Sequence record: PZ386957.1
Length of the DNA stretch: 64,000 nt
Strand: one strand, 5' to 3'
Source: a phage
Shown: piece by piece, positions 9,718 through 18,748 of the stretch
Layout: each line of letters opens with the position of its first letter
Position numbering within the stretch: the first letter of the stretch is position 1
The notes under the pieces: model-generated
Told to the model about the DNA's origin: nothing
Seen by the model: only the letters and a program-made list of their open reading frames with translations
Databases searched by the model: none
Made by a program: the position numbers and the translations under genes

Positions 9718-9746
9718 ATTATAGGGGAATCGACTTAGTTTGTCAA
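9718..9746 (-). promoter_or_regulatory. sigma70-type early promoter upstream of gene 43A
   Basis: Minus strand reads TTGACA-17 nt-TATAAT; flanked by inverted repeat ATAGGGG/CCCCTAT. Confidence 0.6.
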
Positions 9747-9767
9747 TACCCCTATCCCATCAGTATC

Positions 9768-10130
9768 TTAGCGTCCGATCTGATACTTTTCGATCAGTGT
9801 CCATTCTTCTTTCTGTTTGAAAGACAGAACACGGAAGTTATTCACTTCGGTAGTTTCAAAATCACTATCAATCAGGGTACACAGATTCCACTGCGCAAGA
9901 AGTTTTGCAATGTTATTACGGCGTAACTCATCTTCCCACGTCATTTTAACACTACGACCATCTAATTTCAATAACTCCTTGAAGTGAACGATATAATAGC
10001 GCCCTTTCTTCTGGAGAATATGACAAGATTGATACAGTGTCTTGTCTCGATTATTGGCAATGCCGCAGCGGGTTAAAGTCTCCTTAATTTTAAGGAAGTT
10101 TTCAGGATTAATCAAATTAATTTCAATCAT
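9768..10130 (-). CDS. regA: RegA translational repressor
   Basis: 120 aa; MIEI.L..PE.FLK.KETLTR.GIANN.DK.LYQSCHILQKKG.YYIVHFKE matches recalled T4 RegA almost residue by residue. Confidence 0.92.
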   Translation of the reverse strand: MIEINLINPENFLKIKETLTRCGIANNRDKTLYQSCHILQKKGRYYIVHFKELLKLDGRSVKMTWEDELRRNNIAKLLAQWNLCTLIDSDFETTEVNNFRVLSFKQKEEWTLIEKYQIGR

Positions 10131-10131
10131 T

Positions 10132-10710
10132 TTACCACCTTTCTATAATCTTTTTAAGTCGTTTCCTTTCTGTTTGGTTCTTAGTAACACCCGCCAAAAG
10201 TTCATCGGTCGCATACGGTTTAATGTGCTTCAATAACTTGTCCATATATCCCTTTTCATTAGCCAAATCGAGATAAAACCGGGCGTCATCCATATTTACA
10301 CAATATGCTTTCGCCACTGCCATTAAAACCAATTTTTGGTCCAATTCTTCTGTTAGTTTAGCCCATTTACCGTATCGTTTCCCCTTAGAAATACTCTGTA
10401 AGAGATAATCAAAATGCATTTGATCTGGGAGGCCATGACCGATTAAATTCATCACATACGCGCTATATAGGCAATCTGCGTGCTGGGAAAGAGCGGTGTT
10501 AATCCATCTCTGGTTATATGCAGAATTGTTTCCCACATTAACGTGCTGTTTATCTAAGGTGATATGATCCATCAGAGCAAATAATGCATTGTCGGTTTTC
10601 TCGGTGAATGTATCCGCTAATTCAGACACCTTTTCCCAATCACGAGAGCGCCATGCAATTTCATGCTCGTTTAATTGTGTATCATCTTCACCGAAAAATT
10701 GACCTAACAT
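10132..10710 (-). CDS. 62: clamp loader small subunit (gp62-like)
   Basis: 192 aa; QLNEHEIAW, KRYGKWAKL and C-terminal QLKK motifs recalled from T4 gp62; synteny regA-62-44-45. Confidence 0.8.
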   Translation of the reverse strand: MLGQFFGEDDTQLNEHEIAWRSRDWEKVSELADTFTEKTDNALFALMDHITLDKQHVNVGNNSAYNQRWINTALSQHADCLYSAYVMNLIGHGLPDQMHFDYLLQSISKGKRYGKWAKLTEELDQKLVLMAVAKAYCVNMDDARFYLDLANEKGYMDKLLKHIKPYATDELLAGVTKNQTERKRLKKIIERW

Positions 10711-11684
10711 TATACGAACTCCAATTCAACCATTAATTGCATTAACAAAAAGACAATGTGAATCTCTTTATCAGCCGCGTGCGCAAACATCTGATTATTT
10801 TCACCGATAATCTCAGTGAGACGAATAATAGACGCTGGCTTAACTTGAGTATACAACTCATTATAAAGTTTCTTGACAAATTGAGCGTATGTATTGGTAT
10901 AGCGTGGTGCGAGTTTACGCACATTAGCAAACTGTTTAGTTTTAAGTGCTTCCACCACATCGGTTACTTCGGTATTGCTACTTTCGATAACCATGCTCAA
11001 TACGCCAGCATCAATTTTACCATGTTTAGCGTAGCGGTCCAAAAGTTTCATTACGCGTCGGAAGTCTGGGAAGTTCTGCTTAACCAGTTCCGCCAATACG
11101 CGCATTTCTTCTACTGGCACACCTTCTTTATCAAGAATTGCTTTGCACCGGACGATCATTTCTTTCATCATGCGAAGCTGATCATCTTTAGTCGGAGATC
11201 CAAACGTGATGGGATCAAATCGAGATCGCAACGCTGGGATAATACCTTCTAGATCGTTTGCTGTGATAATGAATGTCACGTTGTTTGAGTATGCCTCAGA
11301 GAAACTACGCAAGTGTCTTTGAGCGTCAGCCAACCCCGCTCGGTCATACTCATCGATAATAACAACTTTGCCTTTTTCTCGTTTTTCTTCATCGAGTGAT
11401 ACACTCTGCGCAAAGCGTGTAATCTCATCGCGGATAAAATCAATCTTACAATCTGCGCCGTTAACAAACAGATAATCAACACCCACATCTTCGCAAAGCG
11501 CCTTAGCAACGGTTGTTTTACCAGTACCCGGCGATGGGCTATGCAGGATCATAGAAGGGATTCGGCCTTGCTTAACAATCTGCGCGAAGATCTTTTTATC
11601 TGCTTCCGGCAGAATACATTCAGAAATTGATTTCGGACGGTATTTCTGTTCCCACTGAAACTCATTTTCATTAACACTCAGCAT
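10710..11684 (-). CDS. 44: clamp loader large subunit (AAA+ ATPase, gp44-like)
   Basis: Walker A SPSPGTGKTTVAKALC, Walker B IIDEYDR; start refined to ATG 11684 with GAGG RBS; ATGA overlap with gene 62. Confidence 0.88.
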   Translation of the reverse strand: MLSVNENEFQWEQKYRPKSISECILPEADKKIFAQIVKQGRIPSMILHSPSPGTGKTTVAKALCEDVGVDYLFVNGADCKIDFIRDEITRFAQSVSLDEEKREKGKVVIIDEYDRAGLADAQRHLRSFSEAYSNNVTFIITANDLEGIIPALRSRFDPITFGSPTKDDQLRMMKEMIVRCKAILDKEGVPVEEMRVLAELVKQNFPDFRRVMKLLDRYAKHGKIDAGVLSMVIESSNTEVTDVVEALKTKQFANVRKLAPRYTNTYAQFVKKLYNELYTQVKPASIIRLTEIIGENNQMFAHAADKEIHIVFLLMQLMVELEFV

Positions 11685-11749
11685 ATAATCACCTCTCACA
11701 AATTACATCATTAAAACGGGGAGTATTTACACTCCCCACAAACATTATA

Positions 11750-12436
11750 TTAGTCGGTGTAGCTGGAGTCAAGGTCACACGCGATCATATAAGATACGGT
11801 TTCACTTGCCAGCCATACAGCCTTACGGCGAGTGAAGCTCAATTTGTAATCGCCGAAGTCGGTAGCAACCAGTTTCATGTTATCTTTACGAATAAAGAAA
11901 TGGAAGTCTGCGGTTCCGGCATATTCGCCCATATCAAGACAAAACATCTCATTCGGATTATTTTTGTCAATTTCTTCCCAACCTTTGATCATAAGACGAC
12001 CATCAATCGGTAGAAACTCAAGGCGATCCACTTTAAGCTGATTGCTCATTTTCATAAGCTGTTTCAGATCGTCGTTGCTCAGTTCGTAATCTACATCGCT
12101 TGCAGGTGGAGTAACTCGGCCTTTCGGTGATACGATAGCAGCAGCACTAGCACCAGGATAATTAATTTTCAGACGATCGTTAGACACACGAATGTTACCA
12201 GTGCGGTTATCAACCGTAATATCTGCTTCATCGCCTACCAGATTCAGGATACCCAAGAAAGAGTTAAGATCATAGATCCCGATTTCGTGTTCCAGTTCTT
12301 GATTCAGAGTCGCTTCACCATATACAACGTTTGTCATGTTTTTGGTGATCAGGACGTTTCCTTTTTTCAGGATGATACCTGGGTTAATAGCGGAAAAGTT
12401 TTTCAGGGTAGCAATGGTTTCTTTAGTCAGTTTCAT
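11750..12436 (-). CDS. 45: sliding clamp (gp45-like)
   Basis: about 228 aa; N-terminus MKLTKETIATLKNFSAINPGIILK matches T4 gp45 MKLSKDTTALLKNF...; synteny. Confidence 0.9.
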   Translation of the reverse strand: MKLTKETIATLKNFSAINPGIILKKGNVLITKNMTNVVYGEATLNQELEHEIGIYDLNSFLGILNLVGDEADITVDNRTGNIRVSNDRLKINYPGASAAAIVSPKGRVTPPASDVDYELSNDDLKQLMKMSNQLKVDRLEFLPIDGRLMIKGWEEIDKNNPNEMFCLDMGEYAGTADFHFFIRKDNMKLVATDFGDYKLSFTRRKAVWLASETVSYMIACDLDSSYTD

Positions 12437-12466
12437 CAAATCACCTTTATCATGTTAATCAATTAA

Positions 12467-12844
12467 TTACGGGTTTACTTCGTGTTCGTTACGAATCTTG
12501 AGCATTTTGTTTTGGAAGTTTTCCGCAGCTTGCTCATCAATAGTATGAGTATACTTAAATCCAATGTATGCTGTCAAGTATTGTTGCAGAGCATAGACAG
12601 TAACAGGATTCTTTGCGGTCTTCTTGCCTTCTAGATATACCAGATCACCACGAACATCAAACGCAAGTTTACGACGAATCACATTATCAACAAACTCATC
12701 AACAACAAAATGCCAAATGTTGCTATCGGTTCCAATATCAAAATTAATCACACAGCCTTGTTTGACATAATCAAACGGTATCGGGAATAGTTTATAGTCA
12801 AGTTCGATAAACATTAATTGTTCTTTTAAGCTCATACGTTTCAT
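12467..12844 (-). CDS. hypothetical protein in the T4 rpbA position (RNA polymerase-binding protein A-like, unverified)
   Basis: Immediately upstream of gene 45 as rpbA is in T4; start taken at internal Met (MKRMSL) just after the upstream stop; no motif confirmed. Confidence 0.45.
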   Translation of the reverse strand: MKRMSLKEQLMFIELDYKLFPIPFDYVKQGCVINFDIGTDSNIWHFVVDEFVDNVIRRKLAFDVRGDLVYLEGKKTAKNPVTVYALQQYLTAYIGFKYTHTIDEQAAENFQNKMLKIRNEHEVNP

Positions 12845-12848
12845 TCTA

Positions 12849-13241
12849 TCACTTCCCATCAGCAATTGCAATCAGACGAGTTACCACTACGCTAGCGGCT
12901 TCAATCAGCAGTTCATCGGTGTCAATCTGATAACCCTTTTCGAGAATATCTTTACCACGAATAGTTTTAGCGCCTTTAGCAATTGAATCATCGTAATACT
13001 TGCGCATTGCCGCGATCCATTCTTTTTGTACCATATCATCAATATGCGCGTACAGTTCAAAGCGTGCTTGCTGCGGGATAACCTTCATTTTAGCTTTCTC
13101 GCTTTCCGGCATTTGCAGTACCCACGCTTTACGGATCTTGTTCATTGCTCGGTCAAATTCGAGGCTGGTTTTCTTGTTCTGAATGTCTGCTACAGTAATT
13201 TTAGCCAGGTTTGCGGAAGTAGTCATAATATTAATCTCCAA
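12849..13241 (-). CDS. hypothetical protein
   Basis: 130 aa ORF between 46 and 45 (T4 45.x position). Confidence 0.5.
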   Translation of the reverse strand: MEINIMTTSANLAKITVADIQNKKTSLEFDRAMNKIRKAWVLQMPESEKAKMKVIPQQARFELYAHIDDMVQKEWIAAMRKYYDDSIAKGAKTIRGKDILEKGYQIDTDELLIEAASVVVTRLIAIADGK

Positions 13242-13256
13242 AATAAAATCAGTATA

Positions 13257-13487
13257 TCACGTTCTAAAGTTTGTTGCAACCCCAGCATCAGGGTAATCAA
13301 GTTTATCAAAGTTGGGGACCAGCATAAACTCATGATGACGACAAGACAACATTTTTGTTATGTCTTCATCGCTGTATATGCTGTTTTTCATATCCCCCAT
13401 ACTAACGACATATTCTTCACCGGAATATAGATTGATTAAGGTATACAATTCTAACTCCGGCTGCGTTACTCTGTCAAATGTTAACAT
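13257..13487 (-). CDS. hypothetical small protein
   Basis: 76 aa ORF; its upstream end overlaps the 3' end of gene 46. Confidence 0.4.
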   Translation of the reverse strand: MLTFDRVTQPELELYTLINLYSGEEYVVSMGDMKNSIYSDEDITKMLSCRHHEFMLVPNFDKLDYPDAGVATNFRT

Positions 13488-15156
13488 TCATTTCAGTGAA
13501 TCGCCCACGTTTAACCATCTTGAGATGACGGCTAAAATCATCAGGGTTATGGTCACGATGGCTGATAATATACACGTTATCATCTAACTTGTCAATGATG
13601 GAATCAAGTGCTTTTACGCCTTGAACGTCCGTAGCCCCATCATAAATTTCGTCGAGTACCAACAAAGAAATATTAGTACCAGATACTTTACCAGCAACAT
13701 CACGCCACGTAAAGAGCATCGCAAGATCAATACGTGCTTTTTCGCCTTGACTGAATGATGTATACGAAAACGATTCACGCCCCCGTGATTTAATTGTTTC
13801 GTTAAACTCTTCATCTAACGTAAAGATATAATCCGCTTCCATGATATCAAGATAATACGCAATCCGATCATTGAAATATGGAATATATTTCTTGACGATA
13901 GACGCCTTAACACCGGAATCCTTCAACATTTCTGTCACAAATCCACGATGATATTTTTCAAGAACTAGCTTTGATTTTTCATTAGTGATCTCTACCAGTT
14001 CGTGTTCCAGTTTAGCAAGTTCTTCGGAATTGTCAACCCTTTCTTTTTGCAATTCCTGCATTGCTTTCTGAATCTGTTTAGCACGACCTACAGATGCCGT
14101 TAAATTCGCTCTCTGCGACTCTATAGCGCGTTTAATTTCCAAGACCTTAGTTTGTGCTGTCTGGAAAGAATTGGCTTTCTCTGCGTATTCTACGCGTTTC
14201 TCGTCAATCAGAGACAGTTTATGTTCCGCTTGTGCTTTTTGTTCGCGTACAGCTTGATCATTACCTTGAATGATCGGTTGTGTGCACGTAGGACAGACCC
14301 CGCCTTTCTCATGCATATGAATAACACGGTCAAAGTTCTGGATCTGCGCACCAATCTGTGCGATAGCCGTATTAATTTTAGCCAATGCCGCGCTAGGATC
14401 TTCCGGCATAACAACAGCCAATAGCTCATCGGTCAAGCGAGTTTCTTCGGCTTTAAATGCTTTAGCCGATTCTACCTCTTTATCATACATATTCTGTAAA
14501 CGCTGGAGATTCTCGGCACTCGCCTTGCCAGCGTCTTCTATGTACTTTTTATGAGTGTTGATTTGTTGCTGAACGTGATTAGCTTTCATTTCCTGCATTT
14601 GGATATTCTGGGTTATCTCGCGCACATACGCTTTATTCAGTTTATCCATTTCGCCTAGCGTAGCAATATCAAGCAAATCCTCGACCAGTTTACGGCGACC
14701 CGCTGCCGGAAGACTCATAAACGGAACATAACCAGCAGTGCCTAAAACAACGATCTGTTTAAAGCTGGCTAGGTTCATGCCTATGATACCTTCAAAATAT
14801 TCCTGAAAGTCTTTGGTGCTTGCGCTCTCGTCGATCTTTTGACCGTCGCGATGCACTTCGAATACTTCCGGTTTTTGACCACGTTTGATGTAAAACTCTT
14901 TCCCGTCCAGTTCAAACCAGACTTCGACTAACAGTTTCTTTTTGTTGACGCTGTTAATCAATTGGCCTTTCTTGATACTACGAAACGGTTTACCGAACAA
15001 CACAAAGCAAAGCGCCTCGATCATTGTTGATTTACCAGCACCGTTAACACCAGTGATTAGTGTCTTTTTGAATCCGTCTAGCTGAATCTCAACAGGTTCA
15101 GCACCCACGCTCATTATATTTTGATAGCGCAAGGTTTTAAAATTTAACTTTGCCAT
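13474..15156 (-). CDS. 46: recombination nuclease subunit gp46 (SbcC/Rad50-like ATPase)
   Basis: 560 aa from ATG 15156 (GGAG RBS); Walker A GVNGAGKST, long coiled-coil, CPTC zinc hook, C-terminal signature and Walker B LLVLDEI. Confidence 0.88.
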   Translation of the reverse strand: MAKLNFKTLRYQNIMSVGAEPVEIQLDGFKKTLITGVNGAGKSTMIEALCFVLFGKPFRSIKKGQLINSVNKKKLLVEVWFELDGKEFYIKRGQKPEVFEVHRDGQKIDESASTKDFQEYFEGIIGMNLASFKQIVVLGTAGYVPFMSLPAAGRRKLVEDLLDIATLGEMDKLNKAYVREITQNIQMQEMKANHVQQQINTHKKYIEDAGKASAENLQRLQNMYDKEVESAKAFKAEETRLTDELLAVVMPEDPSAALAKINTAIAQIGAQIQNFDRVIHMHEKGGVCPTCTQPIIQGNDQAVREQKAQAEHKLSLIDEKRVEYAEKANSFQTAQTKVLEIKRAIESQRANLTASVGRAKQIQKAMQELQKERVDNSEELAKLEHELVEITNEKSKLVLEKYHRGFVTEMLKDSGVKASIVKKYIPYFNDRIAYYLDIMEADYIFTLDEEFNETIKSRGRESFSYTSFSQGEKARIDLAMLFTWRDVAGKVSGTNISLLVLDEIYDGATDVQGVKALDSIIDKLDDNVYIISHRDHNPDDFSRHLKMVKRGRFTEMNVNI

Positions 15157-15400
15157 TAATCCACTCCGCAATCACACATTCCATAATATTAAATGCTAAC
15201 ACATCTTCATCAATGTTGTAAACACTTGCCGCCTTCACTTTAACTAATGTGTCTCTGCGATCTGGCAGCATGATCACATAATCCAGTGTCGCAGGGTCAT
15301 ATGTCATAAAGGGATCAATGTAAATCCCTTTATTCAATGCCAGATATTCGCGAAGACCTTCTATAACCCTGTGTCTAAGGTAGGTCATCGATAGAATCAT
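15137..15400 (-). CDS. hypothetical small protein
   Basis: 87 aa ORF between 47 and 46. Confidence 0.45.
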   Translation of the reverse strand: MILSMTYLRHRVIEGLREYLALNKGIYIDPFMTYDPATLDYVIMLPDRRDTLVKVKAASVYNIDEDVLAFNIMECVIAEWINGKVKF

Positions 15401-15957
15401 TTTAGTTTATGTTCCTCTAAAAATTCTTCAATTTCACCTTGCAGGTCTTCCGCTTGCTGTTCCAGAATATCGCGAAACTCACCTACACTCAAGCGGTAAT
15501 CACATTTCACCAGTCGATGCGGGAGAATATACCCTTTATACATCGTCTCTGACGCTTCCAGGAATACCCCGCTATGCATAACAGAGATCCACCCTGTTAA
15601 CGTCAAAGGTGTATTCGGAAAATAATATTTGCTGGATTGTTTCCACTGGACGAAAGCACCATATACAATCGGATTATATTCACCGACAACACTCTTAATA
15701 ATGGATTCTACCCTGTCTTTTACAAAGTCGCCAATGTCCATAGTCACCATCAACTCTTGTGGGTGAATCACTTTAAGGTAACGACGATAATCATCATCAT
15801 AGTACAGCTTAACCACTGGTCCACCCCACATAGACGAAATATTCGCTTTCAGATATCCATAAATCGGATTCTTATCATAGGATTGTTTTAGCGTGTAGTT
15901 ATGCAACAGCGTAATAAAATGTTGCATCACCTCAACCGCGCCCGTAATCGTATTCAT
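15397..15957 (-). CDS. hypothetical protein
   Basis: ORF track 15397..15981; start refined to ATG 15957 with GGGGGA RBS. Confidence 0.5.
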   Translation of the reverse strand: MNTITGAVEVMQHFITLLHNYTLKQSYDKNPIYGYLKANISSMWGGPVVKLYYDDDYRRYLKVIHPQELMVTMDIGDFVKDRVESIIKSVVGEYNPIVYGAFVQWKQSSKYYFPNTPLTLTGWISVMHSGVFLEASETMYKGYILPHRLVKCDYRLSVGEFRDILEQQAEDLQGEIEEFLEEHKLK

Positions 15958-16276
15958 AATATGTCCCCCTTTCAATTTCATATTGTTTCAGGTCTTCTAA
16001 AAGCTCATCCATTGCTTGTTTCAGCACATGACGCAGAGTAAAGTAATAGCTTTCATCAAATTCTATTTCCGCGCGAGGGATAGAGCGAATCTTACACTTA
16101 ACGGTAGTATCAGTGAGTCGCTTTTCGACCATCATCCGAACTTCTTCATGCTCTTTGGAATACCATACATCAACGGAGATCCCCTTACGTCGAGCAAACA
16201 TAGGCAAAGCTGCATTAAATTCTACTACTTTTTGTGCAAGTGTTTTCATTTTACATACTCCACGATTCACGGGCAA
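15932..16276 (-). CDS. hypothetical protein
   Basis: 114 aa ORF, same orientation. Confidence 0.45.
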   Translation of the reverse strand: MPVNRGVCKMKTLAQKVVEFNAALPMFARRKGISVDVWYSKEHEEVRMMVEKRLTDTTVKCKIRSIPRAEIEFDESYYFTLRHVLKQAMDELLEDLKQYEIERGTYYEYDYGRG

Positions 16277-16514
16277 TCACATTCTGGGTAATATCAGCAA
16301 TCTTACGGGATACGATGTTTGTTAGCCCCTCTTTGGTGATATTTTCACGATCAAATGGGATTTCGTCATGAGTCCATAACCCAGAGTTAGACCGAAATGA
16401 TAGCATATACTGACCATCTCGTACAACCTCAAATACATGGATCTTAGTGAACTTCGCTAAACCTTCGTTGATTTTGTTCAGTGCATCAGTAATCATAATA
16501 TAACCTCCAATCAA
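16251..16514 (-). CDS. hypothetical small protein
   Basis: 87 aa ORF directly downstream of gene 47. Confidence 0.45.
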   Translation of the reverse strand: MIGGYIMITDALNKINEGLAKFTKIHVFEVVRDGQYMLSFRSNSGLWTHDEIPFDRENITKEGLTNIVSRKIADITQNVIARESWSM

Positions 16515-16552
16515 TTTTTAGAGAGTATAACGGGGATTTCTCCCCGCGTCAA

Positions 16553-17578
16553 CTAATTTTTTGCGCTATTTACTTCGGCTAAAAGTTCATCAGAAATACG
16601 CTTGACCGCCGCAAGTTCTTCCGGTTCTAGGTTTTGTTCTTCCAGATATTCATAGACCATCTGAATAGTGCTTTTAACCTCAATAACACCAGTTTCCTGT
16701 GATGCGCTACTCTCCAGCTTATGGACCACTTTTAGCTTGTGTACAACGGCCTCTAACGCGCTTTCTAACTTAGTTAACCCATTATCAGCGACCGTTGCGA
16801 TAAGACGCACACTAAGCCCCTTATAGCGTTCTACATCGATTTTATCATCTGACGGGTAAGTGATACGCACATGATAAGTTTTGTCGTTCTGGATAAACTC
16901 TTTTTTGTGTGTATCGGTATCAAATACCCAAAAACCACGCGGATCATTTTCGTCACCAGCCGTTAGTGTGTATGGTGTACCGATATACGTTACGTTACCG
17001 CCATCACTGATAGTATGAAAGTGACCAGAAAACACTTCACGGTATTTCTTGAGGAAGTCCGCGCTATAACCTTCGGATTTTAACCCTTTATAGAAATAGT
17101 AACCGGACAATTCCCAATGACCTACACAATATTCGCTAAATGAATTTTGAATAAACTCTAAAACCTCGGATTTATTGTCATCACAAAACCACGGGAACAG
17201 GTCGAATGATACCCCGTCAAAGCTAACGGTTTCCGGCTTATCAATGACCTTAATGCAATCATACTGGCTTAACACTTCACGCGGTGCGTTAGGCTGGATC
17301 TTGTTTCGTTTAAACATATCATGATTGCCTACCGTGATATAACAGGTGATTCCTGCCTCTTCCAGTAATGGGATGACCTTAGTACGGTTAAATTTCATGG
17401 TTTCATGAGTTATCGCCTTGCGGCAATCAAACCAATCCCCTGTCTGAATCCATGTCTTAATATCATGTTCTTTTGAGTATTCAACCGCTTTCTTGATGGT
17501 ATCAAGAATATAATCATGTACCCACGGATCATCGCCACCGATACCAGTATGCAGATCACCCAAAAGCAAAATTTTCAT
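16553..17578 (-). CDS. 47: recombination nuclease subunit gp47 (Mre11/SbcD-like phosphoesterase)
   Basis: 341 aa; calcineurin-like motifs LLLGDLH, GDWFD, GNHD, GHFH. Confidence 0.9.
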   Translation of the reverse strand: MKILLLGDLHTGIGGDDPWVHDYILDTIKKAVEYSKEHDIKTWIQTGDWFDCRKAITHETMKFNRTKVIPLLEEAGITCYITVGNHDMFKRNKIQPNAPREVLSQYDCIKVIDKPETVSFDGVSFDLFPWFCDDNKSEVLEFIQNSFSEYCVGHWELSGYYFYKGLKSEGYSADFLKKYREVFSGHFHTISDGGNVTYIGTPYTLTAGDENDPRGFWVFDTDTHKKEFIQNDKTYHVRITYPSDDKIDVERYKGLSVRLIATVADNGLTKLESALEAVVHKLKVVHKLESSASQETGVIEVKSTIQMVYEYLEEQNLEPEELAAVKRISDELLAEVNSAKN

Positions 17579-17668
17579 AGTCTCTTCCTCTCTTCGTTTT
17601 CGATGCTCTCACTATATCATAGAAAAATAAAAAGGGAAACCCCTTTCAGAGTCTCCCTTATAAAGCCA

Positions 17669-17956
17669 TTACAGCATACTTAATACCGTTTGACGTGTAC
17701 TAACCCACATAGCGGAAAGCAGTTCTGGAGTGTGTGGCTGTTTGTAGATATCACGTAATTTTCCGATAGCGTAGATATACGCATCACGGTTATCATCGAT
17801 GATAGCTTGTTCAGCCCACCGCTTAAGGCGTGCAATCTCTCGCGAGTTCTTACGCAAGATCTTTTCCGCTTTCTTAGCGGCTTTCGCCTCTAGTTCTGCT
17901 TGTACTTTGTCTACTTCATTCACTACAATCTGGTCATGTTGTTCATCGTAAGTCAT
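17669..17956 (-). CDS. hypothetical small protein
   Basis: 95 aa ORF in the T4 alpha-gt interval; much too small to be a glucosyltransferase. Confidence 0.45.
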   Translation of the reverse strand: MTYDEQHDQIVVNEVDKVQAELEAKAAKKAEKILRKNSREIARLKRWAEQAIIDDNRDAYIYAIGKLRDIYKQPHTPELLSAMWVSTRQTVLSML

Positions 17957-17957
17957 A

Positions 17958-18191
17958 TTATTTTCCTTCTGGGATATAGTCGATGATTAAAGAAAATTCA
18001 TCTTCTGATACATTATAGCTATGTGAGATTGTACCCGTCAAGACCTCAAGATCCGGTGACTTGATATTACACGGATCGATAATCACCGGAACGCCGCAAT
18101 CTCTCAAAAATAATTTGGCGAAATACGGCACAAGGTCAGTTTCAAACTCTGCTTCTTCCAGCAAACGGGAAATATTAATTTTCAATCTCAT
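17958..18191 (-). CDS. hypothetical small protein
   Basis: 77 aa ORF. Confidence 0.4.
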   Translation of the reverse strand: MRLKINISRLLEEAEFETDLVPYFAKLFLRDCGVPVIIDPCNIKSPDLEVLTGTISHSYNVSEDEFSLIIDYIPEGK

Positions 18192-18708
18192 AGAATTGGT
18201 CCAGGCTAGGCAATTCCTCGGTCAATACATCTTCAACCTTCGGCGCTTTCGGCTTATTGACCGATTCCTCGTAATTGTTGATCTTATCGTAAATGTCCTG
18301 AATGAATGCCTCATCAGCAATCTGGCACATATCAGCGTCGCGTTCGTCATATACATGATGCACAAAATACTTATATTTTGCGGCTGTCGCTGTTCTTTCT
18401 TTTTTAATGCGCTGTACAAAGGCATTAAAGCACGCTTGCGTAATGTAAGCATGAGGATTTTTATACTTTGTCTCGTCAAAATTAATCAAACCTTTGACCG
18501 CCGCTTCGATTCCATCGTCGATCATTTCTTCGCGCCATGTTTGACTATAACCAGAAAAGTTAAAACGCCGTGATAGATTTTTAGAGATTTGCATAATTGC
18601 TAGACCGATTTGATCGCTCATTGGAACTTGTCGACCTTCGGCTGCAATTCGCTGTTTCCAACGACAAATTTCTTCGTAAAGTTCTTTATTGTTTACATAA
18701 TCAGACAC
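18175..18708 (-). CDS. 55: late-transcription sigma factor gp55
   Basis: 177 aa; [57 protein letters not shown] matches recalled T4 gp55. Confidence 0.92.
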   Translation of the reverse strand: MSDYVNNKELYEEICRWKQRIAAEGRQVPMSDQIGLAIMQISKNLSRRFNFSGYSQTWREEMIDDGIEAAVKGLINFDETKYKNPHAYITQACFNAFVQRIKKERTATAAKYKYFVHHVYDERDADMCQIADEAFIQDIYDKINNYEESVNKPKAPKVEDVLTEELPSLDQFYEIEN

Positions 18709-18748
18709 TTCGCACCCTCGCTATTATTTAGGAAATAACCCTTTCGGG

